Source: a virus (lineage: Duplodnaviria > Caudoviricetes). Taken from it: a DNA stretch of 37,506 nt. Below are positions 1 through 8,271 of the stretch, piece after piece (positions within the stretch are counted from its first letter, which is position 1; each line of letters starts with the position of its first letter). Under the pieces are notes generated by a model. That model worked only from the letters and a program-made list of their open reading frames with translations, searched no databases and was not told where the DNA came from. Position numbers and translations under genes: made by a program. The stretch spans positions 1-37,506 of IMG/VR virus record IMGVR_UViG_3300020403_000034. One strand, given 5' to 3'.

Positions 1-125
1 CTTGTAGATTCGATTGTTATTTTTAGATCTGTTTCTGCTGGTGTTACAGTAGAAACATTTACACTACCTGGCTCTGCACATGCAGTAATCAAAATAGCAA
101 TCATAATTGTAATTAAATATTTCAT
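1..125 (-). CDS. Partial lipoprotein (runs off left edge); possible spanin or other envelope lipoprotein
   Basis: Not in ORF track. ATG at 123-125 with upstream AAGGAGAG. Translates MKYLITIMIAILITAC-AEPGSVNVSTVTPAETDLKITIEST..., a signal peptide with lipobox ITAC. Follows the tail fibre and a holin-like gene. Confidence 0.65.
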   Translation of the reverse strand, partial: MKYLITIMIAILITACAEPGSVNVSTVTPAETDLKITIEST

Positions 126-134
126 AATCTCTCC

Positions 135-329
135 TTATATGTTTTGTATTACGACTAAGACAGTCCCACCTAGGACTGAAAATAATGTTGCAAATAAAAG
201 ATACTCTAATCTTTTTACTCTGCTTAAAGTTTCTATTGATAGACTTTCACATGATCGTTGATGGTCCATAAGAGCTTGTTCTAGGACAGCCACTTTCTTG
301 TCTATATCTGCAACAGTTGTTCTAGGCAT
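135..329 (-). CDS. Small coiled-coil protein with C-terminal TM helix (XhlA/holin-like)
   Basis: 64 aa; amphipathic N-terminus (VAVLEQAL...RVKRLE) then hydrophobic YLLFATLFSVLGGTVLVVI; start overlaps the upstream stop; position after tail genes. Confidence 0.55.
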   Translation of the reverse strand: MPRTTVADIDKKVAVLEQALMDHQRSCESLSIETLSRVKRLEYLLFATLFSVLGGTVLVVIQNI

Positions 330-763
330 TATGGAGCATCCACTTGTGTAACTTCGCCTGTTGCACTTACTATTGTTTTGCTTCCATCTTGATAGGTTAT
401 AGTTCTTCCCAAGTTACCAGATGGCTCTGGCATTTCTTGTCCTTCTTCTGTTGGGAGTTCAATTGGATCTTCTTCTACATTAGATACAACAAACTTAGGA
501 TTTAAAGTAAAACCATCTTCTGGTGTATAACAATATTTAAAACTTTCAAAATCTTCTGGTAAGTCATGTGATGCACCCATATGTATGTCTGCATTTTCTA
601 AATTTAGATCTGAATAAAAAAAGAAGAATTGATTTGCTTCGTCTGATTTAAGACCTATTTTTTTTTGATCACTTTCATTTGTATGTTCTTCAATAGTAAT
701 TCCATCTTCAACATTACAAACCACTTGATTTGCTTCTTTCATTGTTAATAAATTTGGCATCAT
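329..763 (-). CDS. Hypothetical protein, probably tail-fibre associated
   Basis: 144 aa acidic ORF with GGAG RBS, directly downstream of the fibre chaperone. Confidence 0.55.
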   Translation of the reverse strand: MMPNLLTMKEANQVVCNVEDGITIEEHTNESDQKKIGLKSDEANQFFFFYSDLNLENADIHMGASHDLPEDFESFKYCYTPEDGFTLNPKFVVSNVEEDPIELPTEEGQEMPEPSGNLGRTITYQDGSKTIVSATGEVTQVDAP

Positions 764-769
764 TATCTC

Positions 770-1051
770 CTATAAAAAATCTGGTTTAGTTGGAAACTCA
801 ACATCTGGAAAACCTTCTTGTGCTGGTAAATCTCTTAATGCTTGTCGATATGTTGTAGCTTCGGTCTTTTGTTCATCTGTTAAAGGGCTATCAGAAGCTA
901 ATGCCCAATCAGTATCTTTTAACAATATGTTTCTATCTAATCTAAAATCTTTTTTTCTATCTTCTAAAGTCGCATCTTCATCTGGTGTAATAGTTACATC
1001 TATATCGACATATTGTTTTGTTGTTGCATTATATACTCTTTGTGTTGCCAT
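770..1051 (-). CDS. Tail fibre assembly chaperone
   Basis: Motif RNILLKDTDW...DSPL...YRQALRDLPAQEGFP..FPTKP is typical of phage tail assembly chaperones; directly after the fibre gene. Confidence 0.85.
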   Translation of the reverse strand: MATQRVYNATTKQYVDIDVTITPDEDATLEDRKKDFRLDRNILLKDTDWALASDSPLTDEQKTEATTYRQALRDLPAQEGFPDVEFPTKPDFL

Positions 1052-1060
1052 AATTTTCTC

Positions 1061-4000
1061 CTAACCTATAATTGCGTAAACTGATATTACGCCCTCCGTA
1101 ATTGCTACGCTTTGTACTGCTTGGCTGTCATTTCCTACATAAAAATAAAACCCATCTGCATAATTTGTAGTTGAGTTTGTGCTACTTGCAGAATGTGTGT
1201 ATATACCTTTTGCGTGATGATTGTTACCACTACCATACCTCCATGAAGAGACATTATGAAAACTGCCATTTTTTAAAGAATTTGTATAAACACCATCACC
1301 CGTTAGCTGTCCTCCATGACCTGAATTGTTATCATAAGTTTGTTTTTCTTGATTAGGTGTATTTGCACTATACAAATCATAAGTGGTTGAATTCCAATTA
1401 ATTATAAATGCAGTAGATTGTGTTTTACTGTTATTTGATGGATTACCAGAATTTGTTTGTATTTTAACAAAAGTATTATATGAAATATTATAAACACTTG
1501 ATGAACCATTGTAAGGTAACATACATAAAAAATTACCATCTGAAGCAAAGCCTATGCCATGATAATGTATTTCATACGACCTTACATTAGATGCGGTATA
1601 ATCTGATGGTAAACTAATTAAAACATTTTGTGCTGTGCTAGAACCATCTACTCTAAAATCATAAGAACCACAGAATATTCTAGCGTCACTACTACCACCA
1701 CCACCAGAGACTTCTTTTGAAGGTAATCTTAAATTAGTTGTGTGAATAGCTTCACCAACAAATGGGTTATCAGGATCATTGTAAATACTTGCATCTGGAG
1801 TTGTAGCTGTAGACAATGCTCCTGTTGAGCTTACATAATATTTTGTACCATGTGTTAAAGATGATTGGTTTTGTTCAATACTTTCACTGTCAAATGGTAA
1901 CACTGAAATTGTACTACCAGCACTACCACCTTTTTGAGCAAAGCCAAATGCCAAAGCTTTATTTGTACTGTTTGTCGTTAAGGTATGAGGAATGTTACCA
2001 GCACTATAAAAAGAATTTTGACCATTAGCAGACAGTGATGAATATGTTGAAGTATCAGTGTCGTTTATCTGTAACCATTTACCAGCATTAGCACTTGTAA
2101 TACTTGAAATAGACATAGTATCAACAATAGCTAAAGCCCTTCCCCATTGGTAAGCATTACTATTACCTCCACCACTTACAGCACTGTCTTGTGTTATACC
2201 AGTTCCGTCTGGAATATAGATACGCATATGTTGACCTTGACCGACTTGATGCAAGTTATGTGAAGAAGGAATAATGTAGCGATCATTTAAATAGTCATAA
2301 TGAAAAGATTGTACTGGTGCAGAATGATGTGAAGAGTTTGTGCTATTATGATTTATAACAGTTTGAATTGTTAAAGATGATGCTCCCATACTTATAGCAA
2401 GCCATTTAGCTCCATAGCTTGTGCTTGGCGAATAATAGGTATGTCTGTAAGAAAATAAAACTCTACCTTTACCATCAGCTTTTTGGAATTGGCTATACCA
2501 CTGAGCATTGTTATCAAATGTTCCATTGTTATTATCTGTTGTTAATTGTTCTGTGTATTGTGGTGTCCATGTTGGAGAGCTTGATGTTCCTGTATTTTCC
2601 CATACAGTAAATCTATTTCGTCTATTATTATCTAACCAAAAAGTACCAAGCCTTCCTGTCGTATAATCATACATAACTCGAACAGGTCTTGGCGTTGATG
2701 TATTCTGTGATGAGTTCCCATTTATACTTGTGAAATATTGTCTGCTTGTATAATTTTGTTGGTATGCTGATCCAGTCCATGTTATTTCGTTAGTAGCCAT
2801 TACAAAATATGATGCATAAGGATGTGTCCAATATACATAATGTTGACCAGCAGTAACAAGTGTTGCTTTATCAGTTGTCATACTTATTACAGATGTATCA
2901 GTTGTAAAATATGCCGATGATGTAGCATTTGGCATGCCTGACGGACCTTGAATAATTGCCATTCTGTTATAAAGAGTAACATGATCATTTGCATCAATAG
3001 TCATGGGTGTTACATATCTATTCATATTTCCAGCACTGTGATTATAATGCCAAATAATTAAGTAAGTTCCACCAGCAGATGCGTTCATATTTTTTTGCCA
3101 ACGAAGATAATGAAGACTTGCTTCTCCGTTAAAATTACCTCCAGCTCCTTGAAAGGCTGGACCACTTGTGTAGGTACTGTCTGGGGTAGAAAGGCTTCTG
3201 TTTTGTCCTGTGTGCGTTGACCAAGTTGATGACGCACTATCGTAATTAAAAATCTGAATACGAGTATGAGTTCCAGCTCTATAGACAATAATATATTTTC
3301 CACTGTCATTTGCTATAGCATCAGCATGTCCTGGATATTGTGCGTAGTAAGATGATGATCCACTCCAATCGTAACTACCACTTGGCATAGCAGTATTAAC
3401 TGTTGCTTGTCCTAAAGCTAAATTTTGAGTTGTTGTTGTTTTCTTAACTTTAGCTGTTTCGCCATTACTTTCTCTTGTTACAACATTACCAACAGATATA
3501 GCATCTGATCCAGATGCAACAACCATATTGATAGCATCAGTACCAGAGGATAACCCTGTTAAGTTAGATCCATCGACTGCTGGTAGTTTTGCATTACCAT
3601 CAAGTTGAGGAATATTATTTGCGCTTGTACCAACATTTAAAGTTGATGCTGTTCCAAGACCTAAGTTGGTCCTAGATGTACCAGCATTAGCAACATCAGA
3701 TAAATTATTATTAGCTGATAAGAAACCACCAGCACTGAAAGAAGCTTGTCCCCATGCAGATCCACTCCAAACATAAAGCTCATCATTGGATGAGTTAAAA
3801 TACAATGTGCCTTCGTATGTAGCATCAAGATTATTACCATCATTGTCTGTTGTTGGAGGTGATGATTTAGATCCAAGATATTGTTTTTCAAAGTTGGTTA
3901 AATTTAATGCACTTGCTGTAGCAGAATTTGAAGATGCTGTTGCAGAATTAGATGAATTTGTGGCATGGGTACCAGCAGTATTACTATGACTAAGAGCTGT

Positions 4001-4819
4001 AGCAACATGATTACTTGCAGTATTGCTATGGGTTAAAGCATTTGCTTCGCTAGTTGCACTAGCTGTCGCAGAATTTTGAGAAGCCGTAGCAGAATTTTGA
4101 GAAGCAACAGCAGAGTTTTGGGATGCTGTAGCGGAAGCAGATGCCGATTCACTATCCACCAATAAAGTATATTTAGATGCATTAGGATTAGTTGTTAGGG
4201 GCTGGGACCCAGAGGATGTGTGTGTACTGTTAACTTGAAAGACATTATTTGTAGATGTGTCTTTAACAAGATCTCTTTCATTATAATCTGTGCCTGAAGC
4301 CCAGTTACCTCTATTAGTCCCAATACTTGTAGCAATTGAAATATCGCCAGATGAATCAAAAGCAAATAATTTGTTAGCTCTGTCAGTTGCGTCATTAGTA
4401 AATTCAGTTGAAGAAATGGTATTTGTTACAGAAGCTTTGATGGATCTATCGACTTCTTCCTGTAGCTGTTGCACATGCATTGTAAGACGATCTAAACCTT
4501 CCTCGTGGGACTCGGCTGGGAAAGGATCATTCTCTACATAATCATGTGTTTGAGTTAAAGGTACTACTCTTTGTATTATTACAGTCTCACCATTAGCTGG
4601 TGTGTTGCCACCAGTAAAAGTTACATTACCACCAGAAGCAGATCCTACACCTGATACATTATAATGAGTTGTAATTGTTTTTAAGGTTTCAGTTCCAGTA
4701 GCAGATCTTATGTAAACTTTAAGATCTGAGCTTGCTAGTATTTTAAAGTTATAAGCAAAGACAGTTGTATTGCCGTTACCTGAAAACGATACCTTGTTTG
4801 ATGTTGTTGATAATGTCAT
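1061..4819 (-). CDS. Tail fibre / receptor-binding protein (1252 aa)
   Basis: N-terminal T7 gp17-like anchor (SGNGNTTVFAYNFKI...EEGLDRLTMHVQQLQEEVDRSIK); Ser/Ala/Thr-rich coiled stalk; NNLSDV..RTNLGLGT fibre motif; long beta-rich distal region; chaperone follows. Confidence 0.9.
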   Translation of the reverse strand: MTLSTTSNKVSFSGNGNTTVFAYNFKILASSDLKVYIRSATGTETLKTITTHYNVSGVGSASGGNVTFTGGNTPANGETVIIQRVVPLTQTHDYVENDPFPAESHEEGLDRLTMHVQQLQEEVDRSIKASVTNTISSTEFTNDATDRANKLFAFDSSGDISIATSIGTNRGNWASGTDYNERDLVKDTSTNNVFQVNSTHTSSGSQPLTTNPNASKYTLLVDSESASASATASQNSAVASQNSATASQNSATASATSEANALTHSNTASNHVATALSHSNTAGTHATNSSNSATASSNSATASALNLTNFEKQYLGSKSSPPTTDNDGNNLDATYEGTLYFNSSNDELYVWSGSAWGQASFSAGGFLSANNNLSDVANAGTSRTNLGLGTASTLNVGTSANNIPQLDGNAKLPAVDGSNLTGLSSGTDAINMVVASGSDAISVGNVVTRESNGETAKVKKTTTTQNLALGQATVNTAMPSGSYDWSGSSSYYAQYPGHADAIANDSGKYIIVYRAGTHTRIQIFNYDSASSTWSTHTGQNRSLSTPDSTYTSGPAFQGAGGNFNGEASLHYLRWQKNMNASAGGTYLIIWHYNHSAGNMNRYVTPMTIDANDHVTLYNRMAIIQGPSGMPNATSSAYFTTDTSVISMTTDKATLVTAGQHYVYWTHPYASYFVMATNEITWTGSAYQQNYTSRQYFTSINGNSSQNTSTPRPVRVMYDYTTGRLGTFWLDNNRRNRFTVWENTGTSSSPTWTPQYTEQLTTDNNNGTFDNNAQWYSQFQKADGKGRVLFSYRHTYYSPSTSYGAKWLAISMGASSLTIQTVINHNSTNSSHHSAPVQSFHYDYLNDRYIIPSSHNLHQVGQGQHMRIYIPDGTGITQDSAVSGGGNSNAYQWGRALAIVDTMSISSITSANAGKWLQINDTDTSTYSSLSANGQNSFYSAGNIPHTLTTNSTNKALAFGFAQKGGSAGSTISVLPFDSESIEQNQSSLTHGTKYYVSSTGALSTATTPDASIYNDPDNPFVGEAIHTTNLRLPSKEVSGGGGSSDARIFCGSYDFRVDGSSTAQNVLISLPSDYTASNVRSYEIHYHGIGFASDGNFLCMLPYNGSSSVYNISYNTFVKIQTNSGNPSNNSKTQSTAFIINWNSTTYDLYSANTPNQEKQTYDNNSGHGGQLTGDGVYTNSLKNGSFHNVSSWRYGSGNNHHAKGIYTHSASSTNSTTNYADGFYFYVGNDSQAVQSVAITEGVISVYAIIG
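4062..4130 (-). repeat. Three 21-nt tandem units encoding heptads SA[TV]ASQN in the fibre stalk
   Basis: gcagaattttgagaagc at 4068 and 4089, with variant gcagagttttgggatgc at 4110. Confidence 0.75.
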
Positions 4820-7800
4820 TATTTAAGTCCCACTTTTCTTTTTTGTTTGTTAGCTTTTTTCTCTCTTTTTTCGTTAATTAATTTTTTAAGTTTTATTCCA
4901 TACTTATATTTATTAGGCTGATAAAACATATTTTGTATGACTGCTTTTCTAAGTTCATCTACCTTTACATTTACCCTTGCCATAGCAATGTCTCTGGACT
5001 CAATGTCGGTATAATTACTTTCTATCCATCTCTTTTTGTTAAGCTTGTATAGGTAGTCAACCTTAGTAAATAGTTCCATATTCTTCTTGTAAGATTTTGC
5101 AAACTCTTGATGAATTTCATGCAATAAATATTTATCCTTGATTTCAATTTGACCAACACCAAAGTTTGTTGAAATTTTATTAGATGGTAATTTTGGTGCG
5201 CGACCTAATACCATCCATTCATTTTTTTCAAGGTTAGTAAATTCATCTCTTTTTACTGTTGTCTTTTTAAATGGATTAATAACAGTTGTAGTTCTTACTC
5301 TTGGATCACCATTAAGATCTAGTTTTGGAGGACTTAGTTTTCTAACACCTGGCACTGTTCTCGCAAATGTGTCCCAAAGTGTTAAAGCTTGTCTACTTAC
5401 TGGATCTTCCAAATCACCTATTTGTCTGACAATTGCTGGTATAAAAGAAGTTGCAAAACCTTTAGCAAAATTTTCCATGTTTACATCGCCTTGTAACAAA
5501 TCAAAAGTTCTATCAACAGTTTGTGTAAAAGACTTATTTTGTATTGAGTTACCTAGGGCTGTAGCTACCCCAACAAAAACTTTATAAGCATCAGCTTCTT
5601 GTTCAGTTCCATACAGATCTGGATCGTTAAATATTTTGTAAAAATCTACACCTATTCCAACAAAGCTTGAAAAAGGTTCTAATGATCTTATAGATCTGTA
5701 TGTGGGATTTCCATTCTTATCTTCTCCAGTATAAACTGCATAAGATGGAATACCTCTTTGATCAAGCATGGTATTATAAGATTGTAAATTTTTATCTCTA
5801 AATTGCTCTTCTCTTAGAGCTGAAGTTCCTTTTGGAACAGTAACATCTTCTTCAATAATTACTTCTTCTGAAGCTAAATAACTACCAATAGCTATTGCTG
5901 TCATACCAGTAGCCATCCTTGTTAACATCTTTTCTCTGTCTTCAGGAGACCTCATAAACAAAGCTCGTTGTTCTTTTGAAAACATAACACCTAATGGAGT
6001 TCCATCTCGAAAAGTTACTCTTGTAATATTGTATGGTGTTTTAAAAAAAGGAATTAAATATCTTATACCAGGTATGTCTCTTGCTTTAGCAAGACCTTTT
6101 GCAATACCATCTATCTCTTCTTGGAAAACTAAATAATTAGATTTTTTTTGCGAATCTATTAGAGCATTTTGAGGAGGATCAACAATAAATTCAGTTACAT
6201 AATCTAAAGCATCATCGCCAATTAAACCTCTTGATCTTGCACTTTTTCTTGCTTCCAATGATATGTAATATCTTTGAGCTAATACTTTAAAAAAAGTATC
6301 TTCAGCATCTAACATATCAGTCGGTATGTTTATGGTTTTTCCAATATTGTCAATTGCAACACCAATCATTGGTGTGTCCATATTGGCTTGCCAATTTTCA
6401 GAAGATATAGAGTTTCTTCTTTGTCCAACATCAATTTTACTTGTGTCTGCAATTTGTCCTGGTTTAATTCCAGTTTTAAATGACAATACTGAGCTATTCA
6501 CTGCTTCCATAAATGCCATAACTACAGCACCAGCAGATGCATGCACATCTTGAAATTGTCTGCCACCTCTTCCAGTAACAGTATTAACTGTTCCAATAGC
6601 ATAATCTTCAAGAATTTCTTTTGATAACATTAAGAAATTACCAACCATATTTCTTGCATGTGTAAGAGGAGAGCTTAACAAAGCATTCATCCAATACTCA
6701 GAAATATTGTCAAAAAACAATCCTACTTTGTTAAGATCACCAGTTGCATTTGTGTTGAAAGAATTAAAATCTTTCAACAATTTCATTTTGCCATGTTTAT
6801 GTGGCATTGACTTATAAGCCACAAAAAACTTTTTCATGCCTTCAAGCCCACCTAATCTATTAAGTGTAGACTCAAGACCTTCTGATAACTCAATAGGATC
6901 TGGGACCATATCTGTTTGATCAGATTTTTTTGTCGTAAAAGTATCTGGTCTACTTTGGACTTGAATAAGTTGACCATCAGGACCAAGCCTTGAAGGTTCT
7001 TGAAATGATCTTAATGCTCTACCAATATCTGTTTTAATTCCAGATATTTTCATCTGTAAGTTTGCAACAAGCTCTAATTGTTCTCTAACATTTAAATAAT
7101 CTTCTGGACCAGCATTGGTGTCCAAATCATTAATCATTTTATCAAGCTTCATCGTCTCAATATTAAAGACATCTCGCATTGCAAAAATTGTAGGAAGATC
7201 TGGGAGCTGACCAGATTTTAAATTAAGTAAGTTTTTTTCAATAGAGCTATCAGTTAACAAAGTTAAATCTGATATTTGACGCATGGTTTCTGTTGTTAAT
7301 GTATCAACACCACCTGACTGAGCTTTTATACCAGCTCTATATTGATTAGCAACATAAGAGATAGTTTTATCTATAAACTCTTCATCAGGATATTTTCTAT
7401 CCCCTTTAGCACCATAAACTCTATTACCACCAAGTATGCCATTAGTTAATCTAGGATCTTCGTAAACTTGTTTTGTTATATCATTAACAAGATCGGATCC
7501 TTGTCCAGTTACTAATAAAAGATTGTTAGCATCCTCACCATAAGTAATGCCTTTTTCTTTTAACTCTTTCTTTATTAGATCAGCTTGTTCTTGATTTGTT
7601 AAAGTTTTATCGTCTAATACTCTGTTAGTATTTTCTTCAAATTCTTTTTTCTTTTGTTCGTATAATTTTCTTTCTTTAAACCAACCGCCAACAAGAGGTA
7701 AATTTTCACCATTGTCTTTTAAAAGTTTAACAACCTCTTGTGCGCTTTTTCCAAGACCAGCAAACTGAAGTTCTTCGTTGTTATAAAAATCATAAGCAAA

Positions 7801-8040
7801 TGGACTATCTTCAAATGGAACAAATGGTATTGGCTCATTTTTATTTATTAAAGATGACTCTACATCTTCATCAGTAAATTCATTTATAACAGGATTTTGA
7901 GGTGTTTCTTCAGGCAAAGCAGTAGTCTCAACAGGATCCACTTTAGGGACATCTGGATTGTTGTTTGCTTGTTCTGTAAGTACCTCTTCTGGACCACCAG
8001 TTGCTACGGAGTCCAAAGCCAGCTCTTCTACTTCATTCAT
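4819..8040 (-). CDS. Large internal virion (ejection) protein, 1073 aa
   Basis: Position between other internal proteins and the fibre. Helical protein with NALLSSPLTHARN and LIPFFKTPYNI motifs typical of large podovirus core proteins. Confidence 0.75.
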   Translation of the reverse strand: MNEVEELALDSVATGGPEEVLTEQANNNPDVPKVDPVETTALPEETPQNPVINEFTDEDVESSLINKNEPIPFVPFEDSPFAYDFYNNEELQFAGLGKSAQEVVKLLKDNGENLPLVGGWFKERKLYEQKKKEFEENTNRVLDDKTLTNQEQADLIKKELKEKGITYGEDANNLLLVTGQGSDLVNDITKQVYEDPRLTNGILGGNRVYGAKGDRKYPDEEFIDKTISYVANQYRAGIKAQSGGVDTLTTETMRQISDLTLLTDSSIEKNLLNLKSGQLPDLPTIFAMRDVFNIETMKLDKMINDLDTNAGPEDYLNVREQLELVANLQMKISGIKTDIGRALRSFQEPSRLGPDGQLIQVQSRPDTFTTKKSDQTDMVPDPIELSEGLESTLNRLGGLEGMKKFFVAYKSMPHKHGKMKLLKDFNSFNTNATGDLNKVGLFFDNISEYWMNALLSSPLTHARNMVGNFLMLSKEILEDYAIGTVNTVTGRGGRQFQDVHASAGAVVMAFMEAVNSSVLSFKTGIKPGQIADTSKIDVGQRRNSISSENWQANMDTPMIGVAIDNIGKTINIPTDMLDAEDTFFKVLAQRYYISLEARKSARSRGLIGDDALDYVTEFIVDPPQNALIDSQKKSNYLVFQEEIDGIAKGLAKARDIPGIRYLIPFFKTPYNITRVTFRDGTPLGVMFSKEQRALFMRSPEDREKMLTRMATGMTAIAIGSYLASEEVIIEEDVTVPKGTSALREEQFRDKNLQSYNTMLDQRGIPSYAVYTGEDKNGNPTYRSIRSLEPFSSFVGIGVDFYKIFNDPDLYGTEQEADAYKVFVGVATALGNSIQNKSFTQTVDRTFDLLQGDVNMENFAKGFATSFIPAIVRQIGDLEDPVSRQALTLWDTFARTVPGVRKLSPPKLDLNGDPRVRTTTVINPFKKTTVKRDEFTNLEKNEWMVLGRAPKLPSNKISTNFGVGQIEIKDKYLLHEIHQEFAKSYKKNMELFTKVDYLYKLNKKRWIESNYTDIESRDIAMARVNVKVDELRKAVIQNMFYQPNKYKYGIKLKKLINEKREKKANKQKRKVGLK

Positions 8041-8050
8041 GTTTGGGTAT

Positions 8051-8074
8051 AAAAAAAGGATGCATAAGCATCCT
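8051..8074 (-). terminator. Rho-independent terminator
   Basis: Minus strand AGGATGC-TTAT-GCATCCT followed by a T run. Confidence 0.75.
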
Positions 8075-8106
8075 AATATATATTTTTATAATATGATTTT
8101 ACGACA

Positions 8107-8271
8107 TTAGCTACTATTTTCTACATCTAACTCAGGTCTTAAATGCATAGATCCAGTAACAGTTAACTGTTCTGATTCATCAGTTTGATTTTCCATAACC
8201 ATTTTATAGGTTCTGGAGTTCTCTCCGTACCTTTTTTTGATTAATTCAATTGTTTCAGTTGGTAATGCCAT
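8107..8271 (-). CDS. Unannotated 54-aa protein coupled to the 968-aa gene
   Basis: MALPTETIELIKKRYGENSRTYKMVMENQTDESEQLTVTGSMHLRPELDVENSS. ATG overlaps the upstream TAA (TAATG); fills the gap up to the terminator. Confidence 0.7.
   Translation of the reverse strand: MALPTETIELIKKRYGENSRTYKMVMENQTDESEQLTVTGSMHLRPELDVENSS

Noticed and set aside
1061-4819. Diversity-generating retroelement targeting the fibre (as in BPP-1)
   Set aside because: No reverse transcriptase ORF, and I saw no TR/VR duplicate of the fibre 3' end in the window.
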